Of a stretch of DNA of 64,000 nt, positions 27,101-39,100 are shown one piece after another. Location of the stretch: NCBI GenBank assembly GCA_020891255.1, contig BQFW01000007.1, positions 1,550,001 to 1,614,000 on the forward strand. The letters are read 5' to 3'. Both the position numbers and the translations under genes were made by a program. A model generated the notes under the pieces. That model had not been told where the DNA came from and did no database searches. It saw only the letters and a list, made by a program, of their open reading frames with translations. This stretch comes from Entomortierella parvispora E1425. Lineage: Eukaryota; Fungi; Mortierellomycota. Every line of letters starts with the position of its first letter. The stretch's first letter is position 1.

Positions 27101-27677
27101 GCCTACCCCACCGGTGTTCCAGATGCCGTTGTTGGTCACCCTTCGTCCGAGGCTGCTGAGGGCGCAAAGCCTGAGCAGAAGGGATTCTGGGGTCTTTTGG
27201 GATCCAAGTCCAGCGCTGGCTCTGTCACAGATTCGTTCTACTCCCGCGCACAATTTAACCCCGAGGAGTTGGCCGAGTTCCACAAGGTCTTTGGAGCTTT
27301 GGACCACGACGGTGATGGTCACATCAACGGCCAGGATTTGAACGAGGTTTTGAGCCATTTGCATATGGAGGTCGATGAGACTGTCTTGAAGGGAATCATT
27401 GATGAGGTATGTAAACCCCCCCTAGAAAACTGCATTGTTGCACAACACTGGATTTCCATAAGACCGATGACTAACCCATCCTTTTTTTTCTTCACAGGTT
27501 GACCTGGATAACTCTGGAACGATCGAATTCAACGAGTTTTTGGAGGTGATGGGTGGACTCAAGGAGCACGCCAGCCGCTCTGCCTTCTCCAAGATTGTGG
27601 TCGAGGTTGAGAACCAAAGAAACATCGATTACGGTATCAAGGCCAAGACCACCGACCGCAGCGGTGGTGGAGCATAA
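24107..27677 (+). CDS. GUT2: Mitochondrial FAD-dependent glycerol-3-phosphate dehydrogenase with a C-terminal EF-hand pair
   Basis: [36 protein letters not shown]|[17 protein letters not shown]; [12 protein letters not shown]; [14 protein letters not shown]; EF loops [12 protein letters not shown] and [12 protein letters not shown]; ends ...DRSGGGA*. The first intron is long (24615-25518). Confidence 0.95.
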
Positions 27678-28040
27678 AAAGGATCAACATCAACAAGACA
27701 ATGGATCTTGTCTGTTTCCCCCAGTTTTTTTGCCCCTACTTTTTTTATTTTTCTTCACGCAACCACTTTCAAATAAACCCGCACACTCTTTGCATCAGAA
27801 AAAATAACCAGAATGTCTAATGGCTTTTTCACGCGGATACATTCGAAGCATTTCCACAGGAGGTTCAGAGAGCCAGTGGGCAAGGTGATTGATGACAGGG
27901 AGTCTTTCTTTTGGTTTTCTGCAGATGCGATTTGTATTGAGTGAAGAAGTCTATGGGTTCGGAAAGGAAAATCCTGGCACTGAAGTCAAAGATTATGGTA
28001 TCGACCAATAGAGCCATGGATTGTTTTGATCTAGTTGATT

Positions 28041-29841
28041 TTAGCGACCCTTGTAGTTGGGCTTTCTCTTCTCACGGAACGAGGCAAGACCTAAAAAAGT
28101 TGTTTTAAAAAAAAGTCAGCATCAGGTATCATTCCCAGACAACGATCAATTGAACGAGGGGATGCAAGCAATGTTCCTTTACCTTCCAGGCGATCCTCCG
28201 TAGGCATGATCTGAGCGTAACAGGCCTGCTCGTACTCCAATCCAGAATCACTAAAAGTTGTAGAAGAAAAGTCAATTAGTTTCTTCCCAAGATCACACAC
28301 ACAGGAGCGAATTGTTCAAGTTTTTCGTACATCTCAAACTGGGTGCCCTTGTCAATGGCAGACTTGGCCATACGGATGGCAACGGGTCCCATGGGCAAGA
28401 TCTCTCTGGCGACCTCAAGGGCCTTGTTGTATCCCGAATCCTCAGTAACGGCATGGTTCAAAATACCTAAACAAGAAAGAGCAATTGCTCATTTAGTCCA
28501 ATGCTACAGTGTTGTCCTATTAAAGTGCTTATCCTGCTCCTGTCTTACCCATTTCCTTGGCAGCAGCAGAGTTCAGAATCTTGGAAGAGTAGATGAGCTC
28601 CTTGGCCTTGGGGATTCCGATAAGGCGGGGCAAACGCTGGGTGCCACCAGCACTAAAAAAAATGAAAATGAATGAGAGCGAGTCGTTAGTATTCAGGTCC
28701 GCATCATCTCCTGTTCATAGTCCATGTACTGATCATATCCCTTGGCTAGATTCCTCTTACCCAGGGATGATGGCAAGCTTGGTCTCGACAAGACCAATCT
28801 TGACCTTCTTGTTTCCTCCACCAACACGCATATCGCAGCAAAGAGCCATCTCCAATCCTCCTCCAAGAGCAGCACCATCAATGACGGCAATGGTGGGGAT
28901 AGGCAAGGTCTCGAGCTCACGGAAGCTGTCTCTCAAGCTGGCCAAGAACTGCTTGACCTCGGTCGCGTTCATGGTCGAGCGCTCCTATTGAAGTAGCCAC
29001 AAGGACGGAAGGTTCAAAGTGAAAACGTTGTTAGACCCAGGGATCAATTGATCCTGCTTGTCTTGCACTGGCTCGCCATGGTGGATCGAGCGACTGCCAC
29101 CTCTATTCTTCCCATTCCTCTTGATCTCTGTTCTCTTACTCTCAAATCGGCACCAGCGCAGAAGGCTCCCTCGACCAAACTTCTGACAATGACAACACGA
29201 GCATCCCTAGAAAGTGTAAAATAACACGGTCTTTTGTCAGATATTTCACCCTTTGCATCCTAAAGTAGAAAAAAGTTCAAAAGTCCATGCAATCCTTACT
29301 GGTCATAACGAAGCTCCTGAAGGGCAGCACGGAACTCGCCAACAAACTTTCGCGACAAAGCGTTGAAAGCCTTGGGACGGTTGAAGTTGATCACGGCAAT
29401 GCCTACAAAAAAAAAACAAAAATGAACCAGGTTGATCAGATGAATGAATCAGTCAAACAACGCCCCCCTCTGATTCCTCATGTAACAATCATTTTGGCTC
29501 CAGTGTCATCGTTGCATGTGCTATCCACGTCCGGTTTCCTGCAGTTCGGCTCAATGTATTTCCATTGCCTCCCGATCAGATTTTGTAATGGCCTTGCTCT
29601 TTCTCCTTCTCCTGCCAGACATGGGACCGCCTGGCTGGCGTTGAACCCGTGGGAAAAATAGATTTGGGAGGGAAAAAATACCTTGGTCGTCTCCAGAGAG
29701 GCGCTCCAAAAAGCACTCCTTGCCCTCGGAGTGGGCAGGTGCAGGGGTGGATGTCGAGATGAAGCGGGCGGAAGCGACGGCAAGGGGACGCTGGGCGATG
29801 CGCTGGGGCATGCAGCTGCGAGCGAGGAATGTGCGGAGCAT
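28041..29841 (-). CDS. AUH: Methylglutaconyl-CoA hydratase (enoyl-CoA hydratase family), mitochondrial, multi-exon
   Basis: Transit-peptide-like N-terminus; [10 protein letters not shown]; FCAGADL; [16 protein letters not shown]; IIPG|[12 protein letters not shown]; final exon [15 protein letters not shown] with its stop at 28041-28043. Confidence 0.9.
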
Positions 29842-30156
29842 GGTGTTTCTGAATAGACGGGTGGAGTGGAGAAAGGAAGAAAAGAAGACACAAAATCGTT
29901 TTTTCAGGGGGACAGATCGTCCAGGCGGAGTTTTGTGTCGCCATCAACCCGTGGTTCTTGTTCTTGTCATCCTACAGTCGGATAGTTGGTATATTCTCAT
30001 GCTGGAACAGGTCAAGTACTTTTTACTCGGAGGTGGGCGGGAGGGGGGGGATTTTTTTTTTTTATTTTCTTGGATATAAGACGTGTTGACAATGCAGAGT
30101 GTTGTGGTTTTTTGAAGAACAAAACTGAAGGACAGTTTTTAACAGCGGCAAGCAGC

Positions 30157-31389
30157 TCAAAGCTGGGCAGCAGCACGCTCGGCGCGTTCCAAGTTCTCAA
30201 AGAGACTCTTGGCGTTCCGGACGCTCTGCACGCTCTCCTGACTGACTCCCATGCGGTCATCGTCGTTCGATCCACGGCGTCCGACTATATCACGCACCTC
30301 GTTCTCGGCCAACTCGTGGCTCATCTTTCTCCTGGGCGTGGGCCTTCTCCAGGCAGTCGACAACGAATAGGCCGCGCAAACGCCTCGGGGTTCGTTCGAC
30401 GAATGACCCCTCTCCACATGGGCAATCTGTTCGAGCGATTGATCCTCGACATCCTTGAACTTTTGGACCATGTCCTTGACATTGACTTTCTTCAGTCCTC
30501 CAGTTCTGGACGTGTTGCCGCCACCAAACATCTTGATGCGGTCCGTGATGGAATCCCTCTCTGGAAGGTCGACCGCCACCGCCTTGATGGCCAGGGCCGC
30601 GTTTTCAGCCGCTTGCTTCTTCTTCAGTTCCAACGACGCGGCGGAGAGACCGCGTGACTGGGCGAGGGTGGGCATGCCAGAGAGGACGGGGCGAGTGGAG
30701 ACACCGGTCGCCATCTTTTCCTCCTGGTTCTCAGTTGCGGCAGGGGAAGTAGTCGAGGATGGGGAAGTCGTAGCAGTCTTTTCAACCAACGCGTCCACAC
30801 ATGCCTCGTCGGTGGAGAGAGTAGAAGCGGTAGCGGCTTCAGTCTCAGTGTGGTGTTCGTGGTCTTCCTTCTTCACCTCCTCCTCCTCCTCCTTCAATTT
30901 CTCTTCCTTGTCTTCCACCTTCTCTTCCTCCTCCTTCACCTTCTCCTCCTCCTTCACCTTCTCCTCCTCCTTCACCTTCTCCTCCTCCTTCACCTTTTCC
31001 TCCTGCTCCACCACCTTCTCTTCCTCCTCCTCCACCTTCTCCTCCTCCTCCTCCTCCTCCTCCACCTTCTCCTCCTCCTCCACTTCCTCCTCCTTGTCCT
31101 CCACCTTCTCTTCCTTATCCTCCACTTTCTCCTCCTTATCCTCCACCTTTCCTTCCTTATCCTCCACCTTCTCTTCCTTGTCCTCATGCTCATCGTGATC
31201 TTCCTTTGTCTCTTTGGCCTTGGTCTCTTCCTTCGTAGAGAGGTGAATGACGGCGTCGACGAGAGAGACAGTGGATCGGTTCTCGACAACCTTCAATGGG
31301 TTAGTGCCCGAGAAGAGGCTGTCGATACCCAAGCTGCCAGAGGTGCAGGGGCTGATGGGGAGAACGTCCATGGAACCGTCGTTAGGCAT
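30157..31389 (-). CDS. Glu/Lys-rich low-complexity hypothetical protein (410 aa)
   Basis: Intronless ORF with (EEKVE/EDKE)n repeats at about 30870-31180 and a non-repetitive C-terminal part. Confidence 0.7.
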   Translation of the reverse strand: MPNDGSMDVLPISPCTSGSLGIDSLFSGTNPLKVVENRSTVSLVDAVIHLSTKEETKAKETKEDHDEHEDKEEKVEDKEGKVEDKEEKVEDKEEKVEDKEEEVEEEEKVEEEEEEEEKVEEEEEKVVEQEEKVKEEEKVKEEEKVKEEEKVKEEEEKVEDKEEKLKEEEEEVKKEDHEHHTETEAATASTLSTDEACVDALVEKTATTSPSSTTSPAATENQEEKMATGVSTRPVLSGMPTLAQSRGLSAASLELKKKQAAENAALAIKAVAVDLPERDSITDRIKMFGGGNTSRTGGLKKVNVKDMVQKFKDVEDQSLEQIAHVERGHSSNEPRGVCAAYSLSTAWRRPTPRRKMSHELAENEVRDIVGRRGSNDDDRMGVSQESVQSVRNAKSLFENLERAERAAAQL

Positions 31390-32695
31390 GTTGATGTCAG
31401 TTGTTTGTTAAGCAGGGGAAGGGTGCTGGTGCAGGCAAGAAAAATATTGGAGAGTATGAAAAGCCAGGAAGAAGCAAAAAAACAGTGCTCTTTTTATGTA
31501 GTTTTTTTCTTTCGGTTCGAAAAGGACGTTCCTGTCCCCACTGCATGGAGGCGCTTTAGGTGACCTGACAGTCTTCGGCCTGCAACGCAGTCCGAAAACA
31601 AAGGCAGCCTCGTTCCCAACGGACATTTATGATTGTTTGAACAAATAAATTCTTGGCTGTTCAAGCACTGGATCCGTTGGGGCTGGAATGTTAGGTTGTC
31701 CCACTCAGGTAATAGGCAGACAGTAGCTTTCAGGATATTTGGACCCGTTGACAATTTCAGGGTATGCAAGGATACACCGACTGACCAGGGACACGACAAG
31801 CACTGTCAAAATACTCATGGCACCTGTCTTTGCTTCAAGGAGAAATAAGAGTGACGAAGGACAGACTCCAAGGCAGGAGGCCATTGGGGATAGGACGGTG
31901 CACTTTGTAAAGGTGCAACGTGGAGGCAGGCAAGTGTCTGTATGTTGATTTTAATTTAGAGGCCTCTGTTGGCGCTCGTGGTTGTCAACTGCCTGGTATC
32001 CATGTGTTCCTGTCCAGAACGAGGGGTATGAACAAGCCCAGATGATCCATTTCAAATGTGGCTCGCTACAGCAGCGCTTCCTCTCCTGCAAGTATCCATC
32101 CGTTCCAGGAATCAGTCAGTTGAACCAATACGACATTGCCGCAAAGACTCAAACTAGCAGTAAGGACCATGAGAGTTTCTGTTTAAAGAGGACTGAGTAT
32201 CGATTGTTGACGCGTCTCCCTAACTCTCCATTTTTTTTCAAAAGTTGCGACCATGGTATGGACAAAGATGGCTGACATGCCCACCAAATACTTTGGAGCC
32301 GCCTGTGCCGCTTCAGGTGATTCATTCATTATCTGGGGGGGGGGTACAGCATCAATTCTTCGGATATGATGGCGGTGACAGCTAATTGGGATGGCCCTGC
32401 CATTCTGCCAATATTTGGGCAATGAGTTACACCCCGACTTCTAAAACCATGACTGGAGGATCCGGTAAAGGCCTTTGAGTCTCTCTAGAAAAGAGCTCGA
32501 GGATTCCTGGCATTGTGCTCGTCTATGTCAGGCATGGTCATATCCTTCCATTTAGTATGAACAAACCAAGCAAGTATCAAAAAAGGTCGTTTTTATTGAT
32601 GCACATTTGTGTATGACGAACTCCTCTATCACGACGAAAGGTTGCACCGCTTGCCATTTCTTTGTTTTTGCTCCACGCGCCACCAAATCTGGTCT

Positions 32696-32704
32696 CTGAA
32701 TCAG
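32696..32704. repeat. Left 9-bp target-site duplication CTGAATCAG
   Basis: An identical direct copy lies at 40301-40309, immediately outside the right TIR. Confidence 0.9.
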
Positions 32705-33725
32705 GAAGCTCTGAACCCAGCCCCTCTTTGCTCACTCCTTCACTTCAGAGGGGCTGGGCGCAAATCTCACCCTTTCCTATGGATGACCCAAAATAATTTT
32801 TTCGTCCAAAAAAGGAAAAAAAATTCTCTGATAAATAGTGTAATTTAAAAACTTTAAATAAATTCACTCTAATAATAATAAAATAGTGAGAGTAATGCCA
32901 GCCATGCAGCCATGCCATCGCTCGTCGCCCGGCTTGAATGGGGTTAATTTCTTCCATTTTTTCATTTTCAATGCCACCACTTTCTTTCATAAACCCCGCG
33001 TTCCGATCTTGCATTCAGCTCCTGCCACCTCTTCTTTATACCCTTCATCTGATTAAATGACAAAGATGGCAAGCAAAAGACCAATCGAGCAGAGGTGAGG
33101 AGACGCGTCTCGGGTGTCCATGATGCTCAGAGTCGCCCACGCGTCCATCTGCTCTATTTTTCTTCATCTCTTCATATTTTCTGTTGTAGTCATGATGCTC
33201 TTAGCAAATCTGATCAAGATATCCCGGGAACGCCGAGAAGATCGCGTAGCACCAAGGTGAGTAGCTTGATGTGGTGCCTGGTGGCCTCTTCCTGGTGTGG
33301 CCTCTTCTAACTCTGTGATTTACAATAGGGTGAGGGACGATTTCGTCTTGATTCCCCAGGTGCTCCTCCGCGAACCCCGCAAACAACACAAACCCCACGA
33401 GCACCACGAGCACCACGAACTCCACGAACCCCGCGCACCTCACAAACCTTACAAACGCCAAGATTCATACAGTCACCAATTGTGGCCAACCAAGTATGAA
33501 AAAAATCGTTAAAAAATATGTGCTGCTCGCGTTTTCTTTTCTAACAGATGTATCCACCTCCTCCCATTCATATCGATTAGGGAACTACCAATGGTTCTGG
33601 TGCTACCGATATGGCCCAACCTTTACCCTTTGTCATGGAGGCACAGGCTCTTTCTCCGACTTCTCAGGCTGCGTACATTGGAGGATCAACGCAATTCAAC
33701 ATTGGAAAAAATTCGACGCCACCCA
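32705..33725 (+). repeat. Left terminal inverted repeat (1021 bp)
   Basis: Reverse complement of 39280-40300. Mirrored ORFs in the track are identical and their coordinates always sum to 73005. Identity stops after ...GACGCCACCCA. Confidence 0.95.
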
Positions 33726-35973
33726 TCACTGGAGAAGAACCGCCACGACTCAATGTTGGAGAGAATTTGACGCGATCCAATGTTGGAGAAGAATCGCCGC
33801 GACCCAGCAATGCGTCGGAGGAGTTGACGTTCGATCCTTTCTGTGATAACACTGATGGAGAACCAATCATGACGTGGGGTTCTGATAACTATTATGTAAG
33901 AACCCCTTTGAGGAAAAAGTGGTCATCGATGCAGCCATCGTCATCAGCTCCTTCTTCACCCGCCAATTCTGTCGGCTCTCCGTTGCAGTCATTCTCGTCA
34001 CCATCAAATGCGGTTCTTAGCCAACCTTTACCGTTTATACAAAAAAGCGATGAACGCGAAGACGAGAGTGATGTCCAGGTAAGTCGAGTTTAATTATGAA
34101 ATGGCGATGTTCTGGACTTGCATTAACTCTCACATTAAAATGCATATATGTCTGTAATCTTCATACTGCAGGATCCATTATGTAAAGAGGCTATTCAAGC
34201 TTGCCGAAAGCGTTTTCATCACTCACCAAAGGAGGAGCAGCTTCGTGTTGTCAAACATATATACAACAAGCAGGATTGCTTACTGCTTGCGCCCTGCGGG
34301 TGGGGAAAAACACTTGTATTTTCTCTGCCAATGGTGATGTGGAAGGACAAGATTACGGTCGTCATTTCGCCGTTGATTGCCCTGATGCAGGATCAGATAA
34401 AGGTATGCCAGCATACAATATACCAGTCTAACAGGTATACTTTTTTCTAACATATCGCGCAATGCGACCCTGTGTTAATACTCTAGAAACTCAAAGAAAA
34501 GGATGTCACTTGTTTGCTACTCTCGACCTACAACGGCAATCGAGTTAACGACAGTGACATTAAATTAGTTAAGGAGGGACATTACAGAGCTGTGTTCATG
34601 TCGCCAGAAGTCATTTTCGGGAAAGGATCTACTGCATGCAAGGTTCAGGACCTTTGGAACAATAAGTATTGGAAAAGTCAACTATGCTCCATCGTCGTAG
34701 ATGAAGTCCACTGTGTAGATAAATGGAAAGATTTTCGGCCGTATTATTCGCAAATTGGATCATTGCGTGGTAAGGTACCTGGGGTGCCGATCGTAGGCCT
34801 GACTGCAACCCTCCCACCCGATTCGCTCCAGGAAATCAAGAATAGCGTCTTTCTCGCCTCGTCCACCGTTCATGTCATTCGTGTGGATGACATTCGTGAT
34901 AACATCCAGCTCGAAGTTCATACCTTTTCACTAAGGAATCGAGTCAGACAACTGGCGAAGTTGCTGGACAATACAAAGACGATTGTCTATTTTGACAGCA
35001 TCGCACTTCTCAGAGATGTACAGGACAAGTTAAGGCCATTGAGGCCTGATCTGCGAATGGACGCATTTTTCTCAACCCGCCTTAGTTCTTCCAAGGATAA
35101 AGTCCTGCTCAAGTTCATTAATAGCGAGATTGATGTCCTGTTGGCTACTGATGCCTGCGGCATGGGATGCGATATCTCAGATGTTATCACTGTGTTCCAA
35201 TATGAGTAAGTTGAAACGTAACTAAGGTTGGACAATGCGGATGAAATGAGAGACGATCTTACTTACTTCAAGATATTTTCAATGATATGAAGTCTGCCTC
35301 ACGATTTGACGAGTCTTGTGCAGAGGTTCGGTCGAGCAGCGAGGGGTCCTGGAACTAAAGGCTTTGGGATCCTCTTGGCGCCTCCAACTACCAGCAGGAA
35401 ATACAACAAGAGACCTGACATCTTAAATTTCGTTGCCCCCCAATTGACAAGGACAAGGACAAGGAAAAGGACAAGGAAAAGGACAAGGACAACAGTCGGA
35501 GGAAATGTCGGTGGCATGTGGTGGATGAATATCTAGGGAACAAAATATCCTCTCGTACCAAATGTTGTGATGTATGTCTCGGTGAGTCTTGTCGCCGCAA
35601 GACGACCGAACTTACTGGTCAAATTGGGCCCGAACTGACTATACCAAAGGGGAAGAGCGCGGACAAAGATCAGGATGTAGGGAGGAACAGGTTATTGGAG
35701 TGGAGGAAGAACGAGTGCAAAAAATGGACAGGAGAAGAAGTGTCCTTCGTGGACTTCGAGCTTTGCGTTTTGCCCGATAAAGTACTCGCAAGGTTGTGCT
35801 ACAAGCTCTTTGCGGCCACCACTACTGAAATGGTGAGGTTGATAGCTGACAGCTGTGATTTTGTGCCAGTGGATTGCGATCATTTTGAAATGATCGCTGA
35901 GGTTGTGGCGAAAGCCCTGGGCGAGATAGAAAGTACGAAAAATGATCAAAATTCCTTGGTAGTCGAAGAATAG
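33057..35973 (+). CDS. RecQ-like SF2 helicase of the AcademH element (about 800 aa if repaired; one apparent frameshift near 35430)
   Basis: APCGWGKT (I), SPLIAL (Ia), DEVH (II), TAT (III), ATDACGMGCD (V), QRFGRAAR (VI), and a Zn-binding CR..Y.G..CCDVC. Predicted exons 33057-33094, 33190-33256, 33329-33493, 33581-34078, 34172-34402, 34487-35205, 35293-35973. Confidence 0.88.
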
Positions 35974-36139
35974 CCCATCAATTGACCGAGCCAAGATGAC
36001 AAGGAGATGGAGTCACTGCTTGCATCTGATGACCCTGCACAACCAAACATTTACAGCCGGCCGGGCCATTTAACATCGCACGAGCCCAGGTCCCATTCAT
36101 TCATTCTTCTTTAGTTAGTATTATTATTGTCATAAAATA

Positions 36140-39100
36140 TCATTCAGCTACAACATGGTCGTTGGCCTCGACTTCCTCCATATCCACAGTATCGTAGCTA
36201 TCGCTTTTTCTGAGAAAACATGCTATAGCACTCTCTGCCATTTTGTGCGCGCCAACAGTTTGAAGGTCAACTACCACGGATGGAGAAGGCCGAGTGTCTT
36301 GCTTGGATGCCCAAAGGATTCCACAGAACTGGAGATTGTCTCTGACAAGCTCAACATCCTCTTTCGTGGATGGTTTTTTGTGAGCAGTGCTGTTGTACTT
36401 GGTTTCTATCTCCCGTTCGAAATTACGTGCAATGGTTTGAAATATCTCGACGTTTGTTGAGATTTGTTCGCGAAGATAGTCCCAGCTTGCGTTTGGCCCT
36501 TTCGCTGCATGAGTGGCTTTGAGGAGGAAGTTGATGATTTCTTGGTACATGTCCGTTGGCATCCATGCTTGAGGAATGCCTTTAGGGTTCACCAGCATGC
36601 TTGAAAGGACCCTGTGTTCCCATTCACGCGTCCACAGGTGGCGCATGCCGTGGAGAAATCGTAGTAGCTCAAGGGCATATTTGGAATTGCCTCCGCCGTG
36701 CATCATCAATGCCACGGTTGGTAGCACACATCTTATCCGCCCAAGATCGCCAGCCTTAATAGCAGCAGAGAGTTCGATGAAAACGATCATGTCTCGGAGG
36801 AAGAGAAGAGCATTGATATCTGCTGGAGTGCAGGGCCGGCCATTGAGCAAGGGATTGGCATGCTGCAGACTAGCTATGGCGTAAATGACAAGATCAACGA
36901 ATCTTGTCATGTCAGACTCCACTGAGGTATGAAGATCTTCCCAGAGTACCATTGACATTGCGTCGAAAACAATCTTCAGCAGTTCACTGGTTGGCTTGTA
37001 CTCCGGTTTATCCGTGTTAAAGCCTTTACTGGCCAATAGGGAAATGAATGATGCAAGTGAGCCTGGGGTATTGGCATCGGCGCCAAGATGTGTCTTGTAG
37101 ATCGTGGAGCAAAGTGTCATTTGGAGATGGAAGAGCTGAAACGTAGGATGTACCCAACCAAGACTGCCGAATGGATCCGACTCAACCATGCGGTGTACCT
37201 TGAGAGATAAAAGTCTAGAGACAGTCATCTGATCACCGGCCACTATGATGTCCCTGGTGGTCTTGCTGAACCATTCATCGCTTAAGCCGAGATCTATCTT
37301 TGTTATGTTTTCCAGCACTGCGAGATTTCCGGCAATAGTCGACTCATCGATCTTCATGGTTGGCAATGGAAAAGTTTTCGTCTTAACAACCTTCAGTACG
37401 TCAATGGCCGGCATGGGAATCACGCAAACACTGGGTGATCGAGGCAAAAACTGCGAAATGGCAGTCGACAGATGTGTGCGGCAGGCAGCCCTAGTCATGG
37501 TGCGGTCGGTGCTTGTGGGGAAAAAAATGCTGGCGCTTGGCTCTGGCCTGTCCACTCTGAAGCAAACCATTGGGGATGATCGAGGTATTTCAGCACTCCT
37601 GGAGCTCCCGAGATTTGAGCTGTCGGGAATCAGAATCACGGTAGCAGCTGTGCCGTTGTCGAACGTGTCTCTTTTTCCTACTCTCTGGTGATGGTGCCTT
37701 GTGGCAATGTTGATGTTGTCGTATACAATGTAAAAGTCGTTGTTGAGGACTGCCACCTTCACCCTCTCCTGTGCGTCTTTGGTCAAGGCCTTCAATGCCC
37801 TGTGAATCTGATCATATGACACGCAAAGTCCAAGAGCCGACAAAGTCTCTAAAACTCGTCTGGGAGCTCCCAGGCAGTGAAGATAGATGCCCATTACCAT
37901 CTGAAAAGCATTGCATTGCTGGGATCTCAAGAACATGAGCATAGCAGAGATGCAGCCACGAACAGAGCTGGGTTTTCGACCGCGCCTGCGAGCAGGTGTA
38001 GCGCTTCCCACAGTTTCTTCATCATTGTTGCCGATGTTGTCACTGCCGTTGTTGACGGTGTTATCGCCGTTGCTGTCGATGTCGTTGTCGCCGCTATTGT
38101 CGCTGTTGTCGCTGTTGCTCTCGGTGTCGTTCTCACTGTCGTTGCCGTTGTTGTTGCCTTCGTTTACTCTGGTGCTACCATCGCCACTGTTCGTACCATT
38201 TCCCTTGCTAAGCATGCCGTCCAAAAGTCGTGTCAAAAAAGAAGCTTCGCCGGCGTAAGAGTCGAGAAACCCGTTCCTGAGGATCTTATCGATATTTTCC
38301 TCCGACATTCTATTGTGCGGGAATCGGTAGGCTGGGTGTGGGCCATCGTCACCTACGACGCCGTTCTTGAGGCGATCAAGCTCCCGTTTAGTCCTTGAGA
38401 CAACGACGTCTACAGCGCTGTTCACAAATGGGGCATCCCATTCTTTGATCTTGCGTAACTTTTGGCTCCAAATTTTGATAACGCGACGAGGACCGTCTTT
38501 GTGATAGAATTGATGAGTCCAGCGCTTGATGTTTTCATCTTGAGAGTTAAACAGCTTCTCGAAGAAGGCGGGAAGTGAAAGCTGTTGTTCCCTGATGTAG
38601 TTAAGAATCATTGCAACTTTGTGGGTAGAGGAATGCTAAAAAGAAAAATAATTGTTAGACGCCTGTGGGAGTGACATATTGCTGGTTTCTTTGGACAACC
38701 GGTCTTCACATACATGCGGCTTCCTTGTTGATCCGGGCATTCGATCCTCTCCATTGGTCGCTCTGAGTGTGGGGGAATCGGGCATGCACATCTATACGTA
38801 ATTCGTAATTCACTTGAGAGGTAATTCATAAATTACGATAAGGATGTTTTCGAAACCATGTGCTGAATTTACCTGCAGTGTCGATGAGTTGAACTGCTCC
38901 TCCATGTCGGCCGTTAAAGTCCTAATCCTATCACTGAATTTCACTGCATGTTAGAAATTTGCGTAAACCTGGGGGCAACTAAAGTTGCGACAGGGTAGGC
39001 AGGTTGGGGTATCTCATGCTTACGCGAACTGAGGGGTGCTCAGATTCCTAGATCGTCGCGAGTTTTTTCTTGTGGGGGTCCTCATGTAATCGTTCCCAGA

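Noticed and set aside
25763-27364. 533-aa antisense ORF over GUT2, and similar long antisense ORFs over PLD, GCIP, IML2 and the ABC transporter
   Set aside because: Shadow ORFs expected from strong codon bias on the coding strand; no motifs.
30455-31563. Poly-Leu/His and poly-Ser/Phe ORFs
   Set aside because: Alternative-frame translations of the Glu/Lys repeat.
33700-33830. 27-bp repeats considered as a CRISPR-like array
   Set aside because: Degenerate, contiguous coding repeats without unique spacers, in a eukaryotic context with no cas genes.
34172-35973. Helicase considered as a host RecQ (SGS1) or a Helitron helicase
   Set aside because: It lies inside TIRs with a TSD and is short relative to Sgs1; its motifs are SF2 DEVH/RecQ type, not the PIF1-type SF1 of Helitrons, and no Rep domain is seen.
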